Source: Malacoraja senta (Eukaryota). Taken from it: DNA of 64,000 bases. The translations under genes were made by a program, and so were the position numbers. The stretch covers positions 4,032,001-4,096,000 of the forward strand of contig CM075993.1 in assembly GCA_038087875.1 (NCBI GenBank). Direction: 5' to 3'. The notes under the pieces were generated by a model, which was given only the letters and a program-made list of their open reading frames with translations, was not told where the DNA came from and did not search any database. Below are positions 1-13,132 of this stretch, piece by piece (the stretch's first letter is position 1; every line of letters begins with the position of its first letter).

Positions 1-247
1 GTTTTCTCACACAGAGAGTGGTGAGTCTGTGGAATTCTCTGCCTCAGAGGGCGGTGGAGGCAGGTTCTCTGGATGCTTTCAAGAGAGAGCTGGATAGGGC
101 TCTTAAAGATAGCGGAGTCAGGGGATATGGGGAGAAGGCAGGAACGGGGTACTGATTGGGGATGATCAGCCATGATCACATTGAATGACGGTGCTGGCTC
201 GAAGGGCCGAATGGCCTACTCCTGCACCTATTGTCTATTGTCTATTG
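1..247 (+). mobile_element. CR1 LINE 3' end
   Basis: TQRVVSLWNSLPQRAVEAG... and (ATTGTCT)n tail. The same subfamily occurs at ~18760-18988 and ~35658-35960. Confidence 0.9.
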
Positions 248-425
248 AGCTCTTTACAACCTTATGGATCGCAAAGCCCATGGAGTAGTTCGGAGTACAC
301 AAGGAACTGCAGGTGCTGGTTTGCAGAAAATGGCACAGAGTGCTGGTGTAACTCAGAGGGGGTCTGACGGCATCACCGGAGAACACGGAAAGATGACGTC
401 TCGGGTCGGGACCCTTCTTCAGTCG

Positions 426-700
426 GGCGGCACAGTGGCGCAGCGGTAGAGTTGCTGCCTTACAGCACCAGGGACCCAGGTTCGATCCTGGCTACGGGTG
501 CTCTCTGCACGGAGTTTGTCCGTTCTCCCTGTGACCGCATAGGTTTTCTCCGGGTGCTCCGGTTTCCTCCCACACACCAAAGACGTACAGGTTTGTAGGT
601 TAATTGGTTTGGGTAAAAAAAATTGTAAATGTGAATATGTGCGTATGTGTGTAGGAGAGTGCGAGTGTAAGTGGGCGCGGACTCAGTAGGCTGAAGGGGG
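426..700 (+). mobile_element. V-SINE (HE1-like)
   Basis: Same head and V-domain as 49052-49337. Other + copies at ~1862-2148, ~10966-11262, ~25047-25345, ~32241-32560, ~34764-35084, ~42348-42638, ~59670-59917 and ~63868-64000. Confidence 0.85.
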
Positions 701-776
701 CAGTTTTGCCAATGAAATTCTAAAAGTCGCCTATACATGTCGTGCAGAGATGCTGCCTGACCCATCGAGTTACCAG

Positions 777-1205
777 AGGTACACAAAAATGCTGGAGAAA
801 CTCAGCGGGTGCAGCAGCATCTATGGAGCGAAGGAAATAGGCAACGTTTCGGGCCGAAACCCTTCCGGGTTTCGTCCCGAAACGTTGCCTATTTCCTTCA
901 GGGTTTCGGCCCGAAACGTTGCCTATTTCCTTCGCTCCATAGATGCTGCTGCACCCGCTGAGTTTCTCCAGCAGGTACACAAAAATGCTGGAGAAACTCA
1001 GCGGGTGCAGCAGCATCTATGGAGCGAAGGAAATAGGTAACGTTTCGGGCCGAAACCCTTCTTCAGACTGATAGGTGGTGGGGAGAAGAAAGGAAAAAAG
1101 GAAAAAGGCGGAGGAGGAGCCCGACGGCTGGGGGAGGGGAGGAGACAACCAGATGGCTGATGAAGGGGAGGGGACAGCAAGGGCTAGCAGAATTGGGAGA
1201 ATTCA
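777..1205 (-). mobile_element. Penelope-like element terminus (same young family as 33317-34030)
   Basis: Near-identical to ~33317-33746: inverted pLTR hairpin, tandem pLTR, purine-rich 3'UTR. Confidence 0.85.
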
Positions 1206-1289
1206 ATTGGGAGAGTTGCCAGAGGAGTAGTCACAGCTGGATATTGGGAACAAGGAGCCCTACTGCTTACAGCAGCTCCAACAAACTTC

Positions 1290-1793
1290 ATTCATTCATT
1301 CATCATCGTTGAGAACATCAGCGACGCAGTGGTGCTGGTTTCCGACTGGAACGGTGACGGATGCACCACACATCTCTGTTCTCCAGTTCCTGTGGACTTC
1401 CGCCGCAGGAAGTATAGGATTTTGGTGTGTGTGTGTGTGTGTGTGCTTTATCATCGTTCCTTACAATGCTACGTACGACAGTGATCGCAACTTCTACTGA
1501 AGTGTGTGGACGGCCGTTGGCTCGCTTGGAGCTCATCCGCCCTTTGACGGGTCTTGTTTTTTGGTCCTGCTGGGGGTCCACAGCCCCCCTCCTCACCTGG
1601 CAAACCAGGTGGGGGAGACGGTTGAGTCGCCGACTATCCGACCATGGAGCGGGTAGCGCGGGGTTACACGGCAATCCCAGCGGAAGTCCGCAGGAACTGG
1701 AGGACAGAGATGTGTGGCGCGTCCGTCACCGTTCCCGTCGGAAACCGGCACCACTGCATCGCTAATGTTTTCAACGATGAAGAATGAATGAAT
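1290..1793. repeat. Long inverted repeat (foldback): ~114-bp arms around a ~276-bp spacer
   Basis: 1290-1403 is the reverse complement of 1680-1793 with about ten mostly transition mismatches; both outer ends are (ATTC)n/(GAAT)n. Confidence 0.9.
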
Positions 1794-3524
1794 CTTCTGA
1801 GCCTGGTTAACAAATTCAAGGTGTCTTTTATCACAGGGAAATATAGCCAATTACAACTTTAGGACGGCACGGTGGCGCAGCGGTAGAGTTGCTGCCTTAC
1901 AGCGCTCTCAGCACCAGAGACGAGGGTTCGATCCCGACTACGGGTGCTGTCTGTACGGAGTTTGTACGTTCGCCCCGGGATCTTCGGTTTCCTCCAACAC
2001 TCCAAAGACGTACAGGGTTGTGGGTTAATTGGCTTTGGTATAAATATAAATTGTCCCTAGTGTGTGTGGGATAGTGTTAATGTGCGGGGATCGTGGACTC
2101 GGTGGGCAGAAGGGCCTGTTTCCGTGCTGTATCTCTTAAAATAAACTAAAATGTTGTCCTGAGCAACCTCTTTCTGATATTTGTACAATATACAACAAAA
2201 ATATATATATACAACTAATAGATCAAATTATAGGTTAATGTAATATCCTGTCAATTTTGCTTAATATCCCATGTGTTATCTCCGGCCTTTTACGCTGTTC
2301 ACTAACCACTCTAAGAGGGTTAAATGAACATAGTTCTCTATTAAAGAATCCCCTAAGTGCCTACTCAGCTATTAATTCCCATGATTGGCAATTAAATTAA
2401 GTTTACAACGATATTAATGAATTGAACTAATTAAGCCAATTCTCTGGGACAGAATGGAGATAAATCTTGTACCTCGTTTACTCTGGGAGAACGCGGTGGG
2501 TGAGGGTTCGACGTTTGCAGAGAGAGTGTGTCTTTCCCTCACAGTGTCAGGCTGCCTGGAGCTGCCCGCTGTAACAGGAGGAGATTTTAATGGGTCACAG
2601 TCGGGCTGTTTAGTTTAGTTTAGAGATGCAGTGGGAAAAAAAGGCCCTGCGGCCCACTGAGTCCGCACCGACCAGCGATCCCAACACTATCCTACACACC
2701 TTAGGGACAGTTCTACATTTATACCAAGCCAATTAACGTACAAACCCGTACGTCTATGGAGTGTGGGATGAAACCGAAGATCTCGGATGAAAACCCACGC
2801 GGTCACGGGGAGAACGTACAAACTCCGTGCAGACAAGCATCCGTCGTCGGAATCCTTGTCTCTGGCGCTGAAAGCACTGTAAGGCAGCAACTCCACCGCT
2901 GTGCCACCCTCTCACCATATATCTATGCCCTTTAATTCTTGAATCACCTACCTAGTGAAAGGTCCCTGTATTCACCCTATCTGTGCCCCTCTTGATTTTA
3001 TACACCTCCATAAAATCATCGAAGAGGGAGACAAAATGCTGGAGTAACTCAGCGGGACAGGCAGCATCTCAGGAGAGAAGGAATGGGTGACGTTTCGGGT
3101 CGAGACCCTTCTTCAGACTGCAGCGTTTTGCGTCTATCTTTGGTGTACACCCACATAGAAACATAGAAAATAGGCGCAGGAGTAGTCCATTCGGCCCTCC
3201 GAGCCAGCACCGCCATTCAATATGATCATGGCTGATCATCCAGAATCAGTACCCAGTTCCTGCTTCCTCCCCATATCCCTTGATTCCGTTAGATGTAAGA
3301 GCTATACCTAATTCTCTCTGCATCTGCAGTTCCTCCGTAAAGCCATCCCTCAGCATGCTACGTTCCATGGAATAAAATCCTAGCCCACCCAACCTCACCC
3401 TATAACTCAGTCCCTTGAGTACTGGAAGTATCTTGTGAACTTTTTTCTGCACTCTCTCCAGCTCAATGGTATCTTCCCTACAGAGGGGTGACCAAAGCCG
3501 AGTATCTGCCTAACGCACACTCAC

Positions 3525-3582
3525 CTGGCCTTCGTGGTGAACGACTTCATTGTTTTCAACATTGTCCTCAGTCATGGCCACT
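3525..3582 (-). CDS. CCDC33: Probable downstream CCDC33 exon (58 bp, phase 2->0)
   Basis: tcttgttctgcag|A GTG GCC ATG... VAMTEDNVENNEVVHHEGQ |gtgagt. The only open frame is the one in phase with 4636-4823. Confidence 0.6.
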
Positions 3583-3681
3583 CTGCAGAACAAGAAAGAG
3601 ATTCAAACCTCGGAACTGCTTTGAGTGAGGTCTGTAGCAACCCCTTCCTCCAATGGCAACATCACCAAGGACAGATGCAGC

Positions 3682-4231
3682 TAGGGTTGCCAACTTTCTC
3701 ACATCCCAAATAAGGGACAAAAGGTCAAAATACGGGACAAATTCCCGACGGCAATTCGTTGACCGACTCGGCCGTGGCTGGCTGGGTGAATGATGAGTTG
3801 GCCCGGGTGCTGGACTGCACACAAAGCCCAGCCGGCGGGCCAGCTGAGGAATTTTGGACCGGGCCGCGCGAGGTCGCGCGCAGAGTCCGGCAATCCATCA
3901 AACTCATGAACCGATGATCGGCCGTGAGAAGGAGGGGTGGTGGTGGTGTCGGCGGTAAGCGAAGGTCCGAAGGTCGGACGGATGGCCGGGCTGCCGACCG
4001 ATCGACGGGGCCACGGGCGAGGCGCTGCTGCTGCTGCTGCTGCTGCACTCCATGGGCTGCACTACGTCGGGACGGGTGAGGCGGGGGCCGGACGCGGAGC
4101 TCCGACCCGACAGTCCCCTCGACCCGAGTAGCCACAGTCAAATAAGGGACAACGGCGGTCCCGTACGTTCCAAACCGATTTAGCCCAATATACGGGTTGT
4201 CCCGGCTAATACGGGACAGTTGGCAACCCGA
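3682..4231. mobile_element. Non-autonomous hAT element (GC-rich interior)
   Basis: TIRs TAGGGTTGCCAAC / GTTGGCAACCCGA; 8-bp TSD GATGCAGC / GATGAAGC; subterminal (A/T)ACGGGAC repeats. Confidence 0.85.
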
Positions 4232-4635
4232 GATGAAGCAGATCCCACCACCAGGAGGAAGGAACTCAGGGAGAGGAACAGGAGCCTGCATTACACCGAT
4301 GAAGGCAACTCCCACTATGGCCAACTTATGATAAAATACTCTGGAAGATTCTTCACCAAACCTTGTAGGTGCTCAGACTACAAAGATGGAGCTTTTTTTT
4401 ATCACAGTGGTCAAATAACCTACAAACCTGCACTTCTTTGGGATGTTGGAAGAAACCGGAGCACCCGGAGGAAACCCACGCGGTCACACGGAGAACATGC
4501 AAACTCCACATAGACAGCACCCGTGGTCAGGATCGAACCCGGGTCTATGGCGCCGCGAGGCAGCAGCTCTACCAGCTGATCCACCGTGCCGCCATGGACC
4601 CGCACACACTGGAGAAGCGTTGAACAAAATCCCAC

Positions 4636-4823
4636 CTTTTCGGAGAGAACAAAACAGGGTCTTGGGTCTGAAGTGGTTCAGGAGCTCTGACTGGTGACTG
4701 CTGGCCCCTCTTTTCCATCTTCGGATTTCCCTTTGGACTGGTGGCACGGAAGAGGTAGTCATACTCTGGGAGTACTTGTGCCAGCGCATCATAAGGCGGA
4801 AGATTCACTCTCTCCTTCAGAAG
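4636..4823 (-). CDS. CCDC33: Probable downstream CCDC33 exon (188 bp, phase 0->2)
   Basis: tttcttttccag| LLKERVNLPPYDALAQVLPEYDYLFRATSPKG...DPVLFSPK(R) |gtggga. Strong acceptor, open frame, splices in phase to 3525-3582. Gene assignment rests on a recalled non-mammalian LP..DA.A..LPEY..LF motif and on synteny. Confidence 0.62.
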
Positions 4824-6065
4824 CTGGAAAAGAAATGGGAACGTTGGCCAGACAAAATGAAGCATTCACCTCTGTAAAGTAAACAGGTATCGGTATAGTG
4901 GGCATGAAATGACTCAATTGTTATAAAACCCCTTTAGTTTCCTTACAGTATGTCTTACCATCGGGAGGGATATGGACCAAACGCAGGCCGGTGGGACTAG
5001 TGTAACATAGAAAAATAGGTGGAGTAGGCCATTCGGCCCTTCACCGCCATTCAATATGATCATGGCTGATCGTCCAGAATCAGTACCCCGTTCCCGCTTG
5101 TTCCCCATATTGCTTGATCCTGTTAATCCAAAGAGCTATATCTAACTCTCTCTTGAATACATTACCTTCATAGGTTATTCATAATGAAGGACTATAATGA
5201 GTTGCTAATCATGGATGGTTTCTGGATAAGTTATCTCCAAGTTCACTGAAACATTTTGCAAGGCAATGGGAACCCGAGCCAAGGAGGACACAGTCCATGT
5301 GGACCCATATACTCACATTCGCTGTGTGGGGTCGATAGTAGGCAGCCATTTGACGCCTTCCGAGTCAAAACCAGCTTGCTCCTAAAGCTAAACGTCCATC
5401 GCCAACCGGTCACAGGGCCCTTCCCTCTTACGAAATGCACAGCAAACAATTGGTTTGTGTCCTCTTGTCTATTCCTCTGAAAGGTTGCCAAGTAGCTTTA
5501 ACGTGGTTACTACTGCGATCAAACACTGTGTTCCCAATAGCAACAGTCGGCATTCTGGAGTTGCCTGCACAAAGCAGAGAGCCCACTAACCCAACCGCAT
5601 CTCAAGGCCTCTATGCTTTTGGCAAATGTCGGTGTCGGAGAGTCGACGGCAAATTGTCTCCTCAGTGCACGGGGCTGCCTTGCCCAGCCGCGCTGTATCA
5701 GGCAGTCCGCTGCTCTGAAGAGAACTGGGCTGCCTTCCATGCTTATGGTGATCATCTCCCCCACAACAAAGCCTTTATTCACTTCACCTCATTCAGTCAC
5801 CACAACACAACCTCTCCTTAGCAACGCCTGATGCAACGCCAGTGGAGCAGAGCTCAATGCAGGACTGCAGCGGAAGCGAAGTTAACTGGGACCTTTACAA
5901 AAGTCAAGAGAGTCTAGTGTTTTATTATCATATGTCCCAGGTAGAACAATTAAATTCTTACTTGCAGCAGCACAACAGAATATGTAAACGTAATACACTG
6001 TAAACAATATGATAAATGAGAGAAAAAAGTTCAGTGTGTGTGTATATCCACATACTCACAAATAC

Positions 6066-6470
<405 letters not shown>

Positions 6471-6670
6471 TGAGTATGTATATACAGTATACACACTGTT
6501 TAAATATTTTTTTCTTAAATATGTGTATATATTCCTTGTATTTGAATACTTGGCCAATAAACGTACTTACTTACTTTACTTACTTATATATACACACAGG
6601 CACACATACGTACGTACACACACAAAAAACTATAATAATGCAATAATAACAATAATAGTCTATGTAGTTA

Positions 6671-7098
6671 CATAGAAACATAGAAAATAGGTGCAGGAGT
6701 AGGCCATTCGGCCCTTCGAGCCTGCACCGCCATTCAATATGATCATGGCTGATCATCCAACTCAGTATCCTGTACCTGCCTTCTCTCCATACCCTCTGAT
6801 CCCTTTAGCCACAAGGGCCACATCTAACTCCCTCTTAAATATAGCCAATGAACTGGCCTCAACTACCTTCTGTGGCAGAGAATTCCACAGATTCACCACT
6901 CTCTGTGTAAAAAATGATTTTCTCATCTCGGTCCTAAAAGACTTCCCCCTTATCCTTAAACTGTGACCCCTAGTTCTGGACTTCCCCAACATCGGGAACA
7001 ATCTTCCTGCATCTAGCCTGTCCAACCCCTTAAGAATTTTGTAAGTTTCTATAAGATCCCCCCTCAATCTTCTAAATTCTAGCGAGTACAAGCCAGTT
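6671..7098 (-). mobile_element. CR1 LINE 3' fragment
   Basis: Same family as 11524-12163. Further copies at ~27485-27860 (-), ~43229-43530 (+) and ~51759-51958 (-). Confidence 0.93.
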
Positions 7099-7437
7099 AA
7101 TGGGAACAAACATTCACCATGGGAACACACTTTCCACAGGCCACGTGGGCATCTCGTTTGATGAGGGCGTCTCGCTCCACACACCAGCAGGAATTTTAAA
7201 ACCTAATGAATGTTTAATTCAACAAGGGACAATTAATGTCAATAAAAACAAAAGGAGACATTGTTCTTACTGGACGCTTGAGTGAGTAATGCTGGGTTCT
7301 TGTTGGTCCGACTTGCAGGTGGAATAAGACTTTAAAGTTACGTTTTTAGTTTAGAGATACAGCGCGGAAACCGGCCCTCCGGCCCATTGTGTCCGCATCG
7401 ACCAGCGATCCATGCACACTAACACTATCCCACACAC

Positions 7438-7794
7438 AAGATTCAAGAGAGTTTATTGTCATGTGTCCCAGATAGGACAATGAAATTCTTGCTTTGCTTC
7501 AGCGCAACAGAATATGGACGGCATGAATACAGAACAGATCAATGTGTCCATATACCAATTAATATATATATATGTACACAAATAAATAAACAAATAAAGT
7601 GCAATGGGCTATTAATGTTCAGAGTTTTGTTTGAGTTGAGTTTAATAGCCTGATGGCTGTGGGGAAGCAGCTATTCCTGAACCTGGATGTTGCAGATTTC
7701 AGGCTCCTGTACCTTCTACCTGAAGGTAGCGGGGAGATGAGTGAGTGGCCAGGATGGTGTGGGTCCTTGATGATGCTGCCAGCCTTTTTGAGGC
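7438..7794 (-). mobile_element. Rex1/Babar-like LINE 3' end
   Basis: CLKKAGSIIKDPHHPGHSLISPLPSGRRYRSLKSATSRFRNSCFPTAIRLLN. Sister copies at ~33215-34385 (interrupted by the PLE) and ~57232-57731. Confidence 0.8.
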
Positions 7795-10270
7795 ACTAGG
7801 GACAGTGGGGATCGCTAGTCGTTGTGCTCAGTGGGCCTGTTTCCACGCTGTATCTCTAAACTAGCCATGATCATATTGAATGGCAGTGCTGGCTTGAAGC
7901 GCCGAATGACCTACTCCTGCACTGATTTTCTATGTTTCTAAATGAAACTAAAGAAAGTTAACATATCACTTCCAGAAGCACCCGTTGTGACTGCCAGACG
8001 TAACGGTGCAAGGAAATATAAGTTCTTTCTTTCCAACATTGAAAGGTGTAACCCTTCCGTCCCCTCTCTCCCCATCACTCCCCCACTCTAGTCGTCATAC
8101 TAGTTTAATTGTCGTCCTGTTGAACTTCACCGTCCCTATAACTCATTATCACCCAGCCCACAGCCAACAATGGACCATTGTGGGCTCCATCTTTCCTTGA
8201 TTATCCTTGCTCTTTGCATATCTTCCATCCATTTGTCCAATGTGCCATGTATATATCTCTCATTTTCCTTTCTCCCGACTCTCAATTTGCGCTGGGCCTC
8301 ACTCTGACAATGGAGGATCAAGACGAACTAATCTCTTCTGCCTGCGCCTGATCCATATCCATTTATCCCCATTGCGTTGCTGTTCAGAACCATTCGCTGC
8401 ATGGAAAGATTTTTCCTCCATCGTACAAAGTTTCTCACAGTATCCCAGACCACTTGATAATAATAACCCATTACCACTAATAGACACAAAATGCTGGAGT
8501 GACTGAGGCAGCATCTCTGGAGAGAAGGAATGGGTGATGTTTCGGGTCAAGACCATTACCAATAGCTCTTTTGCCCCAGATGTTAACCTGTGCCTCTGAC
8601 TCCTTGATCCATTCACTAATGGTAATGGACCCCCTCTGTATATCCTGTCTCTACCTGTCATGATTGTAATTAAAAGAATCTCATCAGGTTTATCGAAAAG
8701 CGTGGAAAGAATATTGCTCATTGCGACAGGGAGCAAAGTTCAGAAGTGGGGGAAACATTAAGACCAGGGTCTGGACTTGAACTCACGACCTTCCACGCCA
8801 AAGGTGAAAGTGCTGATAACAAGGCCACATCTCAGAGTGCTGCCCTGGTGGACTGAGTTGCATGTATCATTGCTGCAGCCTGGAGCTAGTGAAAGGAAGA
8901 TCAATCTTGCCTGTGTAGGAAGGAACTGCAGCTGCTGGTTCAAACCAAAGATAGACACAAAACGCTGAAGTAACTCATATTTCCGCTTGGGAAGCTTACA
9001 ATCGAGTGGTATGAATATTGATTACTCTCATTTCAAATAACCCCTGCATTCCCTCTCTCTCCATCCCTCCCCGTACCCAAGTCGCACCAGCTTCTCATTC
9101 TCACCTAGCAAACAGCTAACAATGGCAGTTTCCTTTATCATCATTACTTTTTTGCATATCTTTCATTCATTTGTTCTATATCTCCCTGCATTATCGTCTG
9201 TATCTCTCGTTTCCCTTTCCTGTGACTTTCAGTCTGAAGAAGGGTGTCGACCCCAAAACTAGGTGAGAATGAGAAGCTGGTTCCTTCTCTCCAGAGATGC
9301 TGCCTGTCCCGCTGAGTTACTCCAGCATTCTGTGCCTATGTCAGGTCATCCCTGCTGTTGGTATCATACTGACACTGGTTTCTATTCCCAGAGAAAGGCA
9401 TCTGCTACCTCCGGTCACTCAGCCTCACTCGCTGGCAGAACAAAAAAACGCGGCACAGCTACTTCATATGTTCATTCTCAAACCTGCCTGCTTGCTAAAT
9501 CGTGAAGAAACTGCAGTCATTTTGTTTTTGTTTTTAATCTTAAACAGGCCCTTCGACCCAACTTGCCCACACCGGCCACCATGTCCCAGCCACACTATGC
9601 TGACCTACCTATGACCTCGTGACAACCATGCTGCGAATACGAGTCAAGGGCAAACTCGGCAGAGGTCGTGAATTAGGTCGTGAAAGTGGGACAGGCCCTT
9701 TAGTATGTGGGGATCGCTGGTCGGTGAGGACTCGGTGGGCCTGTTTCCGCGCTGTATCTCTAAACTAAACGAAACAAAACATACAATGGAAGATTGCGGG
9801 AGGCTCTGTGTCCTTGGCATACAGGCGGTGAATTGTGGGTAATTCCCCTCCATACCGCTGACATAGTTTAATTAAGATCCAGCTTTGACCAGACGGTTCT
9901 CTTTGGGGAGTCTCGTGATTGTATTAGGATGAATCACCACATCGATGTTTTCTGGAGACACAAATTCATTTAAAAGGACTTGATTATATTTAAGCTTAAT
10001 TTAAACTTATGAACATTTCAATGCAGGCCGATTTGATGCAATTGCCATGAACCCGTGTAGTAAGATTTGTCATTCATAAAACCCTTCAGAAATAAGCTGA
10101 GAGATTGCAAGTGACAGACTGCGTATTAACAAAATTGGCAGGAACCCTGATCCCCCGTTTCCTCGCAAGCTTTTATTAAATGTCGGGCAAGGTTTCAAAT
10201 CACCAGAAAGACATTGAATTAAAGAACACCCTGCAAATACTGAACTCAAACATTGATTTGAGACATCAGT

Positions 10271-10298
10271 CTGAAGAAGGGTTTCGGCCCGAAACGTT
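10271..10298 (+). ncRNA. Minimal hammerhead-ribozyme-like core in a Penelope pLTR
   Basis: CTGAAGA-A-GGGT(TTCG)GCCC-GAAA-CG-TT: conserved CUGANGA/GAAA core, stem II hairpin, palindromic ACGT stem III. Confidence 0.55.
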
Positions 10299-11523
10299 GC
10301 CTATTTCCTTCGCTCCATAGATGCTGCTGCACCCGCTGAGTTTCTCCAGCATTTCTGTCTACTATTGATTCGTCTGGGATCGCTCACGCTGGTTGAAAAC
10401 GTATATGTTACTTTATTGTGAAGGTAGACAAAAATGCTGGAGAAACTCAGCGGGTGAGGCAGCATCTATGGAGCGAAGGAAATGGTGATGTTTCGGGTCG
10501 AGACCCTTCTTCATACTTTATTTTGATTTTTTTTCATTAATTTCTGGTAATTTTAAGATGTATATTCCTCTTAATATTTTGAGTTCCATTATTTAGGCCT
10601 ATGTAAAAACAGTTTTCGGCTTTTGCCACCTTGCCGCATTCTGGCATCTAGCATTGCAACTCTTGAGGTCCAGTAGCCATGTGACCTCTCGGGTGAGATC
10701 AGTTCGGTGGGGCCTCTATATCCACAAGAGTGTTGTACTGTAAAGGCAAGCACGGTCTGTGGCAGATCAGGCAGTATGTAAGGGCTAGCATGATCGGAAA
10801 GCACAAAGGGAGTCACGATCGCAGTGCCAGAGACCCGGATTCAATCCTGACCTCCGCTCTTGTCCGTAGGGATTTTGGGGTTAAAATTTAACCCCAAAAT
10901 GTTCTGGCTAAGATTTCTAGGGGACCAGTGAGGCAAGTTTTTCTACCAAGAGATTATGGTCAGTAGGGCAGCACAGTGGCACAGCAGTAAAGTTGCTGCC
11001 TCACAGCGCCAGTTCGATCCTGTCTACAGATGCTGTCCGTGTGGAGTTTGCACATTCTCCCTGTGACCACGTGGGTTTTCTCCGGGTGCTCCGGTTTCCT
11101 CCCACATTCCAAAGACGTGCAAGTCTGTAGGTTGATTGGCATCTGTAAAATTGCCCCCCCCCGTGTATAGGATGCCAATGTGGGATAACGTAGAACTAGT
11201 GTACGGTTGATCGATGGTCGGCGTGGAGTCGGTGGGCCGAAGGGCCTGCTCCCACACTGTATTTTAAACCCTGATCTCAGCTGCTATCCGTGTGGAGTTC
11301 GGCTAAATAGAAATTAGCTGCATAACTCTGCAGCATTTCAATAGAGAGATCATCGGGCTGTAAGGAAACGGAGTTTGCAAATGCGTGCATGATCTAACAG
11401 TTTTGTAGACCACAGGGGCAGTGTGGGGTTTATAACAGCACCTCCACTTCCAATAGCAATTAAAATGGACGCTGGTCTCGGAAGAAGCACAGAAACAAAC
11501 AACAATCATCTGGAGAAAACAAA

Positions 11524-12163
11524 ACATAGAAACATAGAAATTAGGTGCAGGAGTAGGCCATTCGGCCCTTCGAGCCTGCACCGCCATTCAATATGATCAT
11601 GGCTGATCATCCAACTCAGTATCCCGTACCTGCCTTCTCTCCATACCCTCTGATCCCTTTAGCCACAAGGGCCACATCTAACTCCCTCTTAAATATAGCC
11701 AATGAACTGGCCTCGACTACCCTCTGTGGCAGAGAGTTCCAGAGATTCACCACTCTCTGTGTGAAAAAAGTTCTTCTCATCTCGGTTTTAAAGGATTTCC
11801 CCCTTATCCTTAAGCTGTGACCCCTTGTCCTGGACTTCCCCAACATCGGGAGCAATCTTCCTGCATCTAGCCTGTCCAACCCCTTAAGAATTTTGTAAGT
11901 TTCTATAAGATCCCCTCTCAATCTCCTAAATTCTAGCGAGTATAAACCAAGTCTATCCAGTCTTTCTTCATAAGACAGTCCTGACATCCCAGGAATCAGT
12001 CTGGTGAACCTTCTCTGCACTCCCTCTATGGCAATAATGTCCTTCCTCAGATTTGGAGACCAAAACTGTACGCAATACTCCAGGTGTGGTCTCACCAAGA
12101 CCCTGTACAACTGCAGTAGAACCTCCCTGCTCCTATACTCAAATCCTTTTGCTATGAAAGCAA
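11524..12163 (-). mobile_element. CR1 LINE 3' fragment (young; open frame to terminal stop)
   Basis: LYRVLVRPHLEYCVQFWSP...RLRGDLIETYKI...TRGHSLRI...FFTQRVVNLWNSLP...RGYGEKAGTGY*, with a (CATAGAAA)n tail on +. Confidence 0.95.
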
Positions 12164-12917
12164 ACAAAAGTGTAATCTCTCTCCGACAGCAAAGACAAAG
12201 TGAAGTCCATCCCCTCCTCTCCCATCAGCTGCTAATAACTCACAACATGGGGTGGCTTTGAAAGGGATCGAGCAGGCCGCGTTTTCAGCCATTTCGGATA
12301 AACATTCCTGTTTCTCTTTGATCTCTTCAAAAAAGCTATTAGGAACACGATGAAAGAGGGTTGGACAGGATTTAAAACTGTGTTTGGGGGGGGGGGGGAG
12401 GAGGATTTCTACCTCGTTCTTGATGATGGAGAAAGAGGCATGGCTCAAGATGAGAACGTCAGCAGGGTTGAGAAAGGCTTTGGGACATCCAGCCTAGGAT
12501 CAATCACCAGGGCTCCACATGGAGAACTGTGCGAATGGAGAGATGAACCACCCTGCTGTGAGCTGTATGTTGTGACAGACCATCCAGTCTTAGCTTAGGT
12601 CAAAAGGTCATAAGTGATAGGAGCAGAATTAGGCCATTCGGCCCAGCAAGTCTACTCCGCCATTCAATCATGGCTGACCTATCTTTCCCTCCATACCTAG
12701 TCTCCTGTCTTCTCCCCATAACCCCTGACACCCGTACTAATCAAGAATCTATTTATCTCTGCCTCATCAATATCCATTGATGGCCTCCACAGCCTTGTAC
12801 GGCAAAGAATTCCACAGATTCCCCACCATCTGACTAAAGAAATTCCTCCTCATCACCTTCCTAAAGGAACATCCATTAATTCTCCCACTAGTGGAAACAT
12901 CTTTTCCAAATGATTCC

Positions 12918-13132
12918 AAGTGTTCCTAACCTGGGGTAAATTTCGCCTACCCAGGGGGTAAATTTGTTGATTCTGGATTTATACATATTTGTTCTCATTG
13001 ACTGACTGTGTTTGGTTCTGGTTTACCAGTATCTGTTCATCATTAGTTGTTCATAATTAAGTGAAATAGCATTGTTATGTGCTATTAAAGTTGCCAGGGG
13101 TAAACGGGACGAAAAAGGTTGGGCACCCCCTG
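12918..13132. mobile_element. Probable hAT-like MITE inside a CR1 fragment
   Basis: Imperfect TIRs (...GTGTTCCTAACC / GGTTGGGCACCCCCTG) with internal GGGGTAAA repeats; TSD not clear. Confidence 0.5.

Noticed and set aside
426..500. tRNA gene
   Set aside because: The A/B-box-like head continues into the V-SINE body and tail; it is a SINE head, not a cloverleaf tRNA gene.
777..1069. CRISPR-like repeat array
   Set aside because: The repeats are inverted and tandem Penelope pLTR pieces without unique spacers, in a vertebrate context with no cas genes.
2473..2568. Exon-like 96-bp segment on - (ttacag|...|gtacaa)
   Set aside because: Open only in phase 1, whereas the upstream exon (3525) ends in phase 0, which gives an early TGA. 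No recognisable homology.
3725..4324. 199-aa poly-Gln ORF (and 21846-22289)
   Set aside because: Lies within a duplicated hAT MITE interior; no transposase motifs or splice evidence.
5317..5381. Exon-like segment on - ending at a strong gtgagt donor (…WLPTIDP… frame)
   Set aside because: With the good acceptor it does not end in phase 0 as the 4823 exon needs, and the phase-compatible version needs a weak acceptor. Unresolved and not called.
11616..12167. Functional reverse-transcriptase gene
   Set aside because: A 5'-truncated CR1 ORF2 tail lacking the RT catalytic core.
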